From positions 1,216,001-1,280,000 of the forward strand of contig OZ250165.1 in assembly GCA_965238005.1 (NCBI GenBank): a DNA stretch of 64,000 nucleotides, given 5' to 3'. The DNA comes from Longimicrobiales bacterium (GTDB lineage Bacteria; Gemmatimonadota; Gemmatimonadetes; Longimicrobiales; Gaopeijiaceae). Below the pieces are notes generated by a model that saw only the letters and a list, made by a program, of their open reading frames with translations, did no database searches and was not told the DNA's origin. Every line of letters begins with the position of its first letter. The first letter of the stretch is position 1. Both the position numbers and the translations under genes were made by a program. Shown here piece by piece: positions 29,925 through 39,949 of the stretch.

Positions 29925-30440
29925 ATGAGTAACGAGACGGCCCTTCGCGATCACCTGGTGAAGCTCCTCACGAGCGGCTGGGCGCACGTCACGCCGGAAG
30001 ACGGCATCGCCGGTGTGCCCCCCGACCAGCGCGGCGCTCGCCCACCCGGCCACCCGCACACGATCTGGCAGCTGCTTGAGCACCTCCGGATCTGCCAGGA
30101 CGACCTGGTGGAGTACAGCCGAGATCCGAACCACATCTCTCCGGACTTTCCGGATGGATATTGGCCCGAGTCTGACGCCCCCGAGGATGAGGAAGCATGG
30201 GAGGGGAGCGTGGCTGCCTTCAAGAATGGGCTCCAGGAGATGATCGCCCTCGTGTCCGATCCCACGAGGGACGTCTTCGAGACGCTTCCGTGGAGCGACG
30301 AGGACCACACGTTGCTCCGGGAGACGCTGATTCTGGCGGACCACAACGCGTACCACCTCGGACAGATCGTGCAGTTGAAGAAGGCGCTGGGGGTCGGACA
30401 GAACAATACGTGGGAGATGCCGGAACCTCCTCCTGTGTGA
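29925..30440 (+). CDS. DinB-family protein
   Basis: HTIWQLLEHLRICQ, WPE, LREtLILADHNAYHLGQ. Confidence 0.9.
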   Translation: MSNETALRDHLVKLLTSGWAHVTPEDGIAGVPPDQRGARPPGHPHTIWQLLEHLRICQDDLVEYSRDPNHISPDFPDGYWPESDAPEDEEAWEGSVAAFKNGLQEMIALVSDPTRDVFETLPWSDEDHTLLRETLILADHNAYHLGQIVQLKKALGVGQNNTWEMPEPPPV

Positions 30441-30593
30441 CCCGACTACCCAGCACGGCTAGCCGTCACTCCTCTCGGGGTGGGCCACACTCGACAGCAC
30501 GGGCGGGATCCTCCTTTTGCGCCTATGTTGGGGGCTGCCAGGGGCGCCGCCGATCGCGCGCCCGACTCAACCTGAGCATGTATGGAGATTCCC

Positions 30594-31028
30594 ATGAGCA
30601 ACGAATCGGATTTGCCACTCGACCGGAGGGACCACAGCGGCCTCGAACACCTCCGTCTGCGCAGTATATCGCCAGCGTTGACGGTTGGAGATATCGATGC
30701 GAGCCTCGCATGGTATCGAGACGTGGTTGGGTTCCATGTGCAAGAGACGTGGGAGCACGAGGGCAGGGTGGGGGGCGCCGCTCTCGCGGCTGGGACGGCC
30801 CGCCTCTTACTGGTTCAGGACGACTGGGCCAAGGGCCGCGACCGTGTGAAGGGTGAGGGGTTTCGGCTGCACATGGCCACGGCCGACGACGTGGACGAGA
30901 TCGCGGCTAGGATCGAGGAGCGGGGCGGCACGCTGGAGTCCCCACCGGCAGACCTGCCGTGGGGTCCGCGAGCGTTCAGCCTGGTGGACCCGGACGGCTT
31001 CAAAATGACGATCTCTTCGGAAGGTTGA
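30594..31028 (+). CDS. VOC/glyoxalase-family protein
   Basis: LTVGDIDASLAWYRDVVGF, PWGPRAFSLVDPDGF. Confidence 0.9.
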   Translation: MSNESDLPLDRRDHSGLEHLRLRSISPALTVGDIDASLAWYRDVVGFHVQETWEHEGRVGGAALAAGTARLLLVQDDWAKGRDRVKGEGFRLHMATADDVDEIAARIEERGGTLESPPADLPWGPRAFSLVDPDGFKMTISSEG

Positions 31029-31080
31029 GCGGGCAGCCTTCTGGACGTCCGAGATCGCGTCGCCGCCGACCTAAACCCTG

Positions 31081-31111
31081 CCTACCAGCCAGCCGATACC
31101 GGGACTATCTT
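31081..31111 (+). promoter_or_regulatory. Putative promoter block of tRNA-Ala fragment 1
   Basis: CTACCA-18 nt-TATCTT; 25/31 ungapped identity to 47772-47802. Confidence 0.5.
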
Positions 31112-31173
31112 TGTGCGGCTTTCCAGCGGGGGCTCGTCGAGTCGAGCTCCGCGGACGACGCCGATCGCGAAGA

Positions 31174-31213
31174 GGGGCCATAGCTCAGTTGGGAGAGCGC
31201 TGGCTTTGCAAGC
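31174..31213 (+). tRNA. 5' half of tRNA-Ala(UGC), truncated just after the anticodon loop (att-like fragment 1)
   Basis: GGGGCCA-TA-GCTCAGTTGGGAGAGC-G-CTGGC-TTTGCAA-GC; no T arm or acceptor 3' strand follows. Confidence 0.88.
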
Positions 31214-31298
31214 TCGGCCAGAAACCCCACGATTTCCCGATCCTCGTGGTGATCGTCGCCGACGCGCACCGGATGACGAAAGGACCTCAATGTCATGA

Positions 31299-32096
31299 AT
31301 GATGTGGAAGGTTAGACTCACCTATTTGCTCGTGCTTGTGCTCGCGCTTGTGCTCGCGCTTGGAGTCGCGGCTTGTAGTGAAGACGATGTGCCTCTCGGA
31401 CAGGTATCGAGACAACCGCCATTCGGAGGCACGATCTTCATCGACCCGGATATCATCACCTCCTCGGACCCGACCGCATTCGAGAGCCTATCGGCTGCCG
31501 GGCAGGGTTCTCGAACGATGTTCGACCGACGGGTCAACGACTGGATCACGGTCGACGCATACCTCTTCAACGCCAGCTACGACGACGGACTGACCGCAGA
31601 GATTCAGGTGAATCCCGAGTTCGGTGGTGTCGGTGCGGCACTGGCTGAGGCGGAGAAGTACGCAGAGGTGATCGGCCGAGTACCGACAGCGCTTCGTGCC
31701 GACGTAGAGACCGTATGGATCCACAGGGGCGTCGCGCTGTTCGGAGGCGGGAACAACAACCTGCTCATCCACATAGACCAGGCCGACCTTTACGTGGCAG
31801 ACGGCATACTGGAGGAAACACTTGTGCACGAGGCGGCGCACACGTCGCTCGACGCGGCCCATGCCTCTTCACCGGGTTGGCTCGCAGCCCAAGCCGCCGA
31901 TGCGAAGTTCATCTCCAGCTACGCACAGGACTTTCCGATCCGCGAGGATATGGCGGAGACCTTCGTGCCCTATCTGGCCGTCCGATACCGGTCAGATCGC
32001 ATCTCCCAGTCGCTTGCAAACACGATACTGGCAGCGATTCCGAACCGGATCGCGTACCTCGACGGTCAGTCATTCGACATGTATCCCATCGAGTAG
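31299..32096 (+). CDS. Hypothetical lipoprotein with zincin-like HExxH
   Basis: VAAC lipobox, EETLVHEAAH, downstream REDMAE. Confidence 0.75.
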   Translation: MMWKVRLTYLLVLVLALVLALGVAACSEDDVPLGQVSRQPPFGGTIFIDPDIITSSDPTAFESLSAAGQGSRTMFDRRVNDWITVDAYLFNASYDDGLTAEIQVNPEFGGVGAALAEAEKYAEVIGRVPTALRADVETVWIHRGVALFGGGNNNLLIHIDQADLYVADGILEETLVHEAAHTSLDAAHASSPGWLAAQAADAKFISSYAQDFPIREDMAETFVPYLAVRYRSDRISQSLANTILAAIPNRIAYLDGQSFDMYPIE

Positions 32097-32267
32097 CCCC
32101 AGACTCTTTCTTGCGCATGTGGGCCCGAGGACATCAAAGCACAACCGCAAGGTCGCCTCAAGGTCTTGAAGCCTGAATTGGACCCGCGGACCCGGCTGCG
32201 TACCAATCAAGAGCAGCGCTGGACGGCCAAGGCGACCGCTAGAGCGGCGTCACCGCGAGTTGTTCGC

Positions 32268-33440
32268 TCAGCCGCGCCGGCCGTGCCATGCGGAAAGGAG
32301 TTCTCTCTCCCGGTCCCGACTCATCCCCGCCCGACGGTTTTCCCGCTCCTCGGCGGGGCGGGTCTTATCCCATTCCAGCGTATCGTGCGCGGTGACGGCG
32401 AGCGGTCGGAAGACCAGTCCGGCAGCCACGGCACGCTCCACACTCACATACATCAAGGCGTCACCCGGGCTCCAGGACGGCACGTCACCCCAGGGACGCA
32501 CCCCCTGCTTCTCCAAGAATGCCTCGGAAACCCAGGTGAACTTGACCGCAGCGGAGGTGACGGCGCGGATCCCGTAGAGCATCTCCGCCATCGACATACG
32601 GGTGGTGGGACCGGTGGTGTTGAAGTCGCCGGTGGTTCCCCTCTCCGCCAGGCGGACGATCCATTCGGTTAGGTCGCGCTGGTCGATGATCTGGTTGGCG
32701 TGGTTCCGATTGCCCGGAGCCAAGACTTCTCCTCCCTCGTCGATCCGCACGGGCCAGTAAGTGAATCGGTCGGTCGGGTCGCCGGGTCCTACGATGAGGC
32801 CGGGGCGGACTACGGTGGTCCGGTCGGGGAAGGCGGCATGGGCAACGTTCTCACCTAGGGCCTTCGTGAGACCGTAGGGCGCTGCGTCACCGTCATTCCA
32901 ATCCGGTGGGGGAGGGGGACTGAATCTTTCCGAATCCTCGTCGATGATCGGCTCCCGGAGAACCCGGTCCTTGAATCCGTAACCCATGCTCTCCGTTACG
33001 TAAGCCGAGATGGAGGAGACGAAGATGTAATGCTCCGCCGAGTCCTTCAGCATCTCGGTGCTGAGCTCGACCCAGCGGTAGTCACTTGAGTTATTGTCCA
33101 AAACAACGTCCCAGGTTCGTCCCTCGAGAGCGCTGAGGTCGTTGTTTCGGTCTCCGATGAGGCGCTCCACATCGGGGATGTCTGCCTGACTGCGGCCGCG
33201 GGTGAAGATGGTCACCTCATGGCCCCGGTCCACCGCGTAGCGAACCATGTTCGGTCCGATGAAACCAGTGCCGCCCAGAATCAAGAGCTTCTTGGAGGCC
33301 TGGCGGTCGTTCCCACGGGCACGGGTACTCGAGTCGGACCGCCGCTGTCCTTGGGAAGGTGTAACGCCACCTGGCCCCAGGGCCAGTCCTGCGCCAACGA
33401 GGCCGGCCATGCGGAAGAAGTGTCTTCGGGTCGGGGTCAT
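32268..33440 (-). CDS. Tat-exported NAD-dependent epimerase/dehydratase
   Basis: TRRHFF Tat motif, ILGGTGFIG, YGLTK, RPGLIVGPGDPTDRFTYWP. Confidence 0.9.
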   Translation of the reverse strand: MTPTRRHFFRMAGLVGAGLALGPGGVTPSQGQRRSDSSTRARGNDRQASKKLLILGGTGFIGPNMVRYAVDRGHEVTIFTRGRSQADIPDVERLIGDRNNDLSALEGRTWDVVLDNNSSDYRWVELSTEMLKDSAEHYIFVSSISAYVTESMGYGFKDRVLREPIIDEDSERFSPPPPPDWNDGDAAPYGLTKALGENVAHAAFPDRTTVVRPGLIVGPGDPTDRFTYWPVRIDEGGEVLAPGNRNHANQIIDQRDLTEWIVRLAERGTTGDFNTTGPTTRMSMAEMLYGIRAVTSAAVKFTWVSEAFLEKQGVRPWGDVPSWSPGDALMYVSVERAVAAGLVFRPLAVTAHDTLEWDKTRPAEERENRRAGMSRDRERELLSAWHGRRG

Positions 33441-33551
33441 GATGGTACATCCGGGCTCGTGGGATGTTTGCTTTCCGTGCACGTCAACGTAGCTGTCGCC
33501 ATTGGCTGCACAACGGACGAGCTTCGAGCTTCGGGCGGGCACACTGATCGC

Positions 33552-35986
33552 CTACCCCTCTCGTAGGGCGATCACCGGCATGACCCGAGCCGCTCTGTTC
33601 GCCGGAATGATCAGCGCCAACAAGCTCACGGCGATGAGCAACGCCGGAACGCCGACGAACGTGAGCGGATCCATAGCACTGACGTTGTAGAGGAAGCTCG
33701 CCAACGCCTGCCCCAGGAGGGCCGCGAGGCCCAGCCCCACCACGATCCCCACCGCCAGGGGCCACACCCCCTGTGCGAGAATGAGCCGCACGATCCGGCC
33801 TCCGTCGGCGCCGAGCGCCATGCGGATACCCACCTCCGCGGTGCGCCTGCCGACCGAGAATGCCGTCACGGCGTAGAGGCCGATCGACGCCAGGAGTAGG
33901 GCGACCACGCCGAACACGGTGAACATCCCGCCGATGATGACCATGTCCAAGGACGCTTGCCGGATGCGTTGATCCATGGTGGCGACCCGGTTTACCGAGA
34001 TATCGGAGTCGAGGCGCGCGACCACGTCGCGGAGGGGAGTGGCGGCGACCAGCGGGTCGCCCGCCGTCTTGAGCATCACCGAGATCCCTGCCACCGGAGC
34101 CTGGCCGATGGGTATGAACATGTTCTCGGGAGGCTCGGCGAGGAAGTTCAAGGGCTCGGTCATAGCGATGGTCCGTACGACCCCCACGATCGTGTGCCAC
34201 GGGTTTTCGGAATCCGAGCGGCCGAGCCGAACCGAACCTGCTTGCCGAGAGCATCCTCTCCAGGCCAGTTGCGCTCAACGAAGCGCTGGTCCACGACGAT
34301 GACCCGTTTGCCTCCGAGTACGTCCGTCTCTGTGAAGCCGCGACCGGCCACGATCGGGGCGCCGAGGATACCGAAGAATCCCGGCGTCACGCGGGTGTAC
34401 CCGCCGAAGCGGTACTCGCTGTCGTCGGCGTAGTCGTGGTCCAGGACCCCGTAGAAGTACAGCGACGATCCCAGCACCGGCAGGTTCGACGTGATGACCA
34501 CATCGTCGGCCCCGGGCAGCGACTCCAGCTCCGTCCGCAACCTGTCGATGACATCGCGTCGAACAGTCGAGTCGGCATTGGTCGCCGCCGGCAACAAGAG
34601 CCGGGCCGTCAGAATACCATCGCGCTCCAGCCCGAAGTCGTCGTTCGCCACCTCGAGCGTACTGCGGATCATCAGTCCCGCCCCCACCAGCAGCGCGCAC
34701 GAGAGTGCCACCTCGAGGACTACCAGTGCGGCCGATACTTTGCTCCCACTGCGCCCGGAGCTGCCGCGCGACTGATCCTGCAGGATCGTATGCACGTCGC
34801 CCCGGGTCGCCTGGAGGGCGGGCAGGATGCCGGACACCAGCGCGGCGAAGAACGTCACGCCGATCACGAAGACAACCACGGCCGGGCTCACCTCGAACGT
34901 CATCCACGGAGGCGGGGTCAGGGGAGCCACGATCCTGGTGAAGAGGTCGAGCGAGAACTTGGTCAGCACGAGACCCACGGCGGCTCCTCCCGCAGCCAGA
35001 AGCAACGTCTCGCTCAACAGCTGCCGTAGGACCCTGAAACGCGCAGCGCCCAGCGCCGTGCGAACGGCGAGCTCCTTGCCGCGCGCGGCGGTAAGTGCGA
35101 AGAGCAGGTTGGCCACATTGGCACAGGCTATCAGCAGGACGCCCACCACGCCGACGAACATCGTGTACAGAATGCCCTTCGTCTCGTCGTCCACGAACCC
35201 GGCATCTATCCACGATTCCGTCACGGGGACGATGTCCTCGTTGGACTCGGGGAACTGCCGCTCGAGCCTGTTTGCGATGGCGGTCAGTTGGGCATGCGCC
35301 GCGGCCTGAGTGTTACCCTCGGTGAGCCGGCCGAGAACCTGGAGGCCGGGCCCTTCACCCCGCTCGAGCGTGGCCATATCCACGCCAAGGGGTAGCCACA
35401 TGTCGCCCAACTCGGGAAAGCGGAACCCCTCGGGCATGACGCCCACGACCGTCGTGGGCTTCGCGTTCACACGGATGGACCTGCCCACGATGCCGGGATC
35501 GCCGCCGTAACGGTTCTCCCAGACGTGGTGGCCGAGGATCACGACGTCCTGATCGGGGAACAGATCCTGATCGGGCGTGAACGGACGGCCCATCAAGGGC
35601 TGCGTCCCGAGCAGGGCTAAGGTGCTCGCCGTCATGCGGACGCCGCGGTAGGTCTCCGCTCGGACGTCGTCCCCTGAGAGGTTCACCGACCGTCCGTAAT
35701 AGGCCGCCATCTCCTTGAAGACCGTCTGCTGCTCACGCCAGTCGAGGTAGTCGTGGATGCGGACCGCTTGGTTGAACTCGCTCAGCGGAATGGTCGTCTG
35801 GAGATAGACGATCTCGTCCACGTCCGCGTAGTCGGGCCCGGTGAGCACCACGCCATTGATGATGGCGTACATGCTGGCGGTCAAACTGATGCCGAGCGCC
35901 ATCACGATGATCGCCACGCTCGTCACGCCCAGGCGCTTCCGGAGAAGACGGAGGGCATATCCGAAGTCCTGGAACAGCATGTTCAT
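33552..35986 (-). pseudogene. ADOP/MacB-FtsX duplicated ABC permease, frameshifted by a 5-bp duplication at 34227-34236
   Basis: LLIACANVANLL, ELAVRTALGA, VGIRMALGA; removing one CCGAA restores QVRLGRSDSENPWHTIVGVV. Confidence 0.9.
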
Positions 35987-36245
35987 GGGGGTGCCTGGGC
36001 CGAGGGTCAGGGATCCCCTTTCCGGGGACGAACGAGTGACACCAGGCCCTACGGGTGGTTGGTCTGTGGGGTTTCGGGGGGCATCCGGCCTAGTCGGGAT
36101 AAGGTGTGGGGCAGGACCAGACCGGTCAACATGAGGTCTCACGCCTGGTTCAAGCGGGCGCTCGCTTCGGCTCATCTCTTAACGCTCACTTCCATTTTCC
36201 ACGTCTGTGTCATTGAGGACGGATAGCACATCGAGAAATAGGAGA

Positions 36246-37493
36246 TCAAGAAAATGACAACGGTCGGGCCGGGGCAGGGAGAAGGCCGCGCGCAATCGTG
36301 CCAGAGCTGACGAGCAAAAGGGCGATGATCCAAAACGTGGCGCGGAAGCCCAGCCAATCTGTCAGTAGGCCCGCCAGCAATGCGCCGACCACGTAGCCAA
36401 GGTCACGCCACAACCGGTACCGGCCAACAGCGCTCGCACGGGATTCGGGGCTTACCAAGTCGCCCACCTGCGCTATGAGGGTCGGGTACACAGCAGCCGT
36501 GCCGACGCCCAGGATCACGCCCGCAGCGGCCCACTGCGCAAACCCGTGGAGACTCGCGAAGCCGACCAGGCCAAGCGCCTGAAGCAGTAGCCCGCCGACG
36601 ATCAGCGAGCGGCGTCCGAATCGGTCTGAGAGCGGGCCGGTGCCGAGCTGCACCACGCCCCAAACCGCGGGGTACATCGCGGTCAGCCAGCCGATTTGCC
36701 GCAAATCGAGCCCCTGTGACGCGAAGTAGATTGGTAAGAGTCCCCACGCCACACCCTCCTTGAGGTTATTGACGAGTCCCGCCTGGTTCGCCGCCCACAG
36801 GGGCAGGCGAGCCCAGCGGTTGTGGCGGAACCGCACTCGATCGGAAGGAAGATCTGTGGCGTTCGAGGGCCCGGCGGCCACCAACGTGCGCTCCAGCTCT
36901 ACGTGTGCCTCGGTATCCCGCGCCCCGCCCAGGGTCACCCCGAACCCGAGCACGGCGGCCCCCAGCGCAATAAGATAGGGGGCGGGGCGCGGACCGTAGG
37001 CGGCCGCGAGGTATCCCGCGCCCAACGCCGCGCTCGCGACGGCCAGATATCCGGCGCATTCGTTCAACCCTATCACGAGGCCGCGCCGTCTTGGCCCCAC
37101 GAGATCCATCTTCATGATCTGCGTCGCAGACCATGCGAGGCCCTGGTTGATTCCGAGAAGTAGGTTGGCGAACCCGATCCAGCTCCACGTTGGAGCCCAC
37201 ATGAGCAGGAGGGGGACCGGAATACCGAAACCCCACGCGACCAAGAGAATGCGTCGCCGTCCGATGCGACTGGCAAGGTCGCCGGCAATGAAATTCGCGA
37301 CCGCCTTGGCGAAGCCAAACGCGACCAGAAAGCTGATCGTGACCGTCGCCGAAACAATGCCAAACTCTGACGTGGCAAGCAGCGGAAGGACCGAGCGCTC
37401 GACTCCAACTACCGCGCCGATGAAAACAACAATGAGCAGAAGCAGTGCGACTTGCGATCCATTTGCGCGCACCCCCAGCTGGACACTTGCCAT
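36246..37493 (-). CDS. MFS transporter
   Basis: About 12 TM segments, GDLASRIGRR, GPLSDRFGRR, YRLWRDLGY. Confidence 0.9.
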   Translation of the reverse strand: MASVQLGVRANGSQVALLLLIVVFIGAVVGVERSVLPLLATSEFGIVSATVTISFLVAFGFAKAVANFIAGDLASRIGRRRILLVAWGFGIPVPLLLMWAPTWSWIGFANLLLGINQGLAWSATQIMKMDLVGPRRRGLVIGLNECAGYLAVASAALGAGYLAAAYGPRPAPYLIALGAAVLGFGVTLGGARDTEAHVELERTLVAAGPSNATDLPSDRVRFRHNRWARLPLWAANQAGLVNNLKEGVAWGLLPIYFASQGLDLRQIGWLTAMYPAVWGVVQLGTGPLSDRFGRRSLIVGGLLLQALGLVGFASLHGFAQWAAAGVILGVGTAAVYPTLIAQVGDLVSPESRASAVGRYRLWRDLGYVVGALLAGLLTDWLGFRATFWIIALLLVSSGTIARGLLPAPARPLSFS

Positions 37494-38253
37494 GCACCGT
37501 CTCCTTGTCTAGCAACTCCGAACCCAGCGGCGAAGCGGTCCTCAAGCCGGACACAGCGGAGTGGGCCAGCGAAGCACTTCCGCGGTTGCCAAGCGGGTGG
37601 AATATTTGCCTATTCGATGGTCGGTTCGGGCGAGCAAGGTCGCTGGCTGGTGCCGTTCTTGGCCAGACCGAAGCGGCCGGGAAGCGAGCTCACAGCCATC
37701 CCCATAGACGAGCGGCCAGCCCATCTTCGGAGTGGCCGCTTCACTGCCGACCCTGTCCCGTCCCCCTGTCACATTCGGGGCTCCTCATTCGTTTCCATGC
37801 TCGATGAGAGTTCCTAGCCAGACTGAAGGTATGGAGTACCCAATGAAATCGAGAGTTTTTGTACTTATTACGGTGGTGGAGCTTGTGCTTGCGGTGGTGA
37901 CTGCGGTGCTGGCGGGATGCGGCGACGACCCCACGTTTCCCAGCGAACTCCAGGGCGGAGTACTCGCGACGTTCCAGGTCGAGGCGGAGCAGTTCAAGCT
38001 CTGGGTGACCAACGAGAGCACGATCCAGCAGATCCTGGATCTGCAAGCGGGCACCAGCACCGCGTCGATTCCGAACGGGCCACTCTTGGAAGGGGCTGGA
38101 CCGGCCGCATACAACAGCCCCTACTCCTGGCACCTCGACGCGGTCGAAACCGAGATGGCCGACGCCACCATCGAGCTCTGCAGCGGGCTCCCGAGTGGAG
38201 TTGACCCGCTTTGGTGGACACCTCAGTAGTGAGGGAGACAGGAGGAGTCCACG

Positions 38254-38568
38254 ATGCCAAGAACACATGCGCCGTACCCGCCGGAGTTTCGGCGGCAGAT
38301 GGTCGAGTTGGTCAGGTCGGGCCGCTCCGTGGAGGAGCTGGCCCGGGAGTTCGAGCCCTCAAACGGGGCGATACGGAACTGGGTCAAACAAGCTGACTTG
38401 GATGAAGGCCGTCGCAGTGACGGGCTGACGACGGAGGAGCGTGGGGAACTCAGGCAGCTTCGGCGTGACAACAAGCGTCTGCGCATGGAGCAGGAGATTC
38501 TAAAAAAAGCCGCCGCCTGGTTTGCTCGGGAGAGCAACTCGATCCCGGAACGGGGTTCGAGTTCATGA
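38254..38568 (+). CDS. IS3 transposase OrfA
   Basis: YPPEFRRQMVELV HTH, EILKKAAAWFA. Confidence 0.95.
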   Translation: MPRTHAPYPPEFRRQMVELVRSGRSVEELAREFEPSNGAIRNWVKQADLDEGRRSDGLTTEERGELRQLRRDNKRLRMEQEILKKAAAWFARESNSIPERGSSS

Positions 38569-39416
38569 AGACGAATCAGGCCGACTTCCCTGTGCGGGCG
38601 ATGTGCCGTGTGCTGGATCTCTCCCCCAGCGGCTACTACGCCTGGTTGGATCGCGAGCCTTCGGCTCGGGCGAAGCGAGATGAGGAGCTCACAGAGCGGA
38701 TCGAGACGGTCTGGCGCGAGAACCGAAGGGTCTATGGCCGGCCCCGCATCTACGCGGACCTCAAGGAAGCTGGCGAGCGGGTCGGTGAGAAGCGGGTGGG
38801 CCGGCTCATGAAGCAGGCCGAGATTGTGGGAGCTAGCCGGAGGCGGCGCGGCCCGAAGACGACCAGGCGCAACGAGGACGCCCGTCCCGCGCCGGATCTC
38901 ATCGAGCGGGACTTCAGCGCAGACGGGCCAGACCAGTTGTGGGTGGCCGACATCACCTACATCCCGACCTGGGCGGGGTTCTTGTACCTCGCGGTTGTGC
39001 TCGACGTCTGGAGCAGGCGGGTGGTCGGGTGGTCGATGGCTACGCACCTGCGCACCGAGCTCGTCCTGGACGCGCTGAACATGGCGACCTGGCAGCGCCG
39101 GCCCGAATGCGTCATCCATCACAGTGATCAGGGAACCCAGTACACCTCGATCGCCTTCGGCCTACGCTGCAACGATGTCGGTGTGCGGCCCTCGATGGGC
39201 TCCGTGGGCGACGCCTACGACAACGCGATGTGCGAGAGCTTCTTCGCGACGCTCGAGTGCGAGCTACTCGACCGGCAGCGCTTCCGGACCCAGGCCGAGG
39301 CGAAGATGGCCGTGTTCGACTTCATCGAGGGCTTCTACAACCCCCGGAGGCGACACTCGGCACTGGGTCAGCTGTCGCCCATCAACTTCGAGCGTCGCCA
39401 CGGAGCGGCAGCATGA
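38565..39416 (+). CDS. IS3 transposase OrfB (DDE integrase core)
   Basis: WVADITY, HHSDQGTQY, DNAMCESFF. Confidence 0.96.
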   Translation: MKTNQADFPVRAMCRVLDLSPSGYYAWLDREPSARAKRDEELTERIETVWRENRRVYGRPRIYADLKEAGERVGEKRVGRLMKQAEIVGASRRRRGPKTTRRNEDARPAPDLIERDFSADGPDQLWVADITYIPTWAGFLYLAVVLDVWSRRVVGWSMATHLRTELVLDALNMATWQRRPECVIHHSDQGTQYTSIAFGLRCNDVGVRPSMGSVGDAYDNAMCESFFATLECELLDRQRFRTQAEAKMAVFDFIEGFYNPRRRHSALGQLSPINFERRHGAAA

Positions 39417-39949
39417 GAAACCTGCGTGGCCAAGTTGCCCTTTACTCCCCCGCTGCGCGGGGGAAGCTTTCCTCTCCCCAGCGAGGGGGACAGACTATAA
39501 ACCTCAGTGTTCACCCGTCCACTGAAACGGGACAGCTCCAGAGTTTCGTTGAGGAGAACCTGGATTCGTGGCTGGACGAAGTCGGACAGTACTGCCCCTG
39601 GTCGGCACAGTTGCTCAGCGTGGAGGACTACCGCTGACCGAAGCAGGACACTTTCGTTGTGGGTCTCGGGAACCATTAGGATCGCCGATGTATACCCCGT
39701 AGGGTAAAATGCACGAGCGCTCAAAAAAGTTCTTTACCGGATGACGCCGGATCGGTCCGGGATGATCCCCTACTTACCCTACCCGCGGCGGTGGAGGCGA
39801 CAGCCGGTGGTGCTGAGCTGCGACATCGACAGCGACCGGATGCTGATCACTCCGTTTTACACACCTTTTGAACTTACTTCGTGAATATCGAGGCCCGGAT
39901 CTTCGGAGGATCAAAATGAAACAGGATAAGAAACGAATGCGGATCCTAG

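Larger units (their letters stand above)
38196..39540 (+). mobile_element. IS3-family element, copy 1 (1345 bp, 3-bp TSD GAG)
   Basis: TG...CA ends, imperfect IRs TGGAGTTGACCCGCTTTGGTGGAC / GTCCACTGAAACGGGACAGCTCCA, orfA/orfB with A7G slippery site at 38502-38509. Confidence 0.97.
37843..39637 (+). pseudogene. BP74-like lipoprotein interrupted by IS3
   Basis: LAGC lipobox; removing the IS and one GAG gives ...YSWHLD...IELCSGLPSFVEENLDSWLDEVGQYCPWSAQLL in one frame. Confidence 0.8.

Noticed and set aside
31335..31361. 12-bp tandem repeat CTTGTGCTCGCG in a signal peptide
   Set aside because: In-frame LVLA duplication with no effect on frame; trivial
36288..36304. TGGCACG on the minus strand as a sigma54 promoter
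   Set aside because: TTGC follows at the wrong spacing and the site lies inside the MFS coding end
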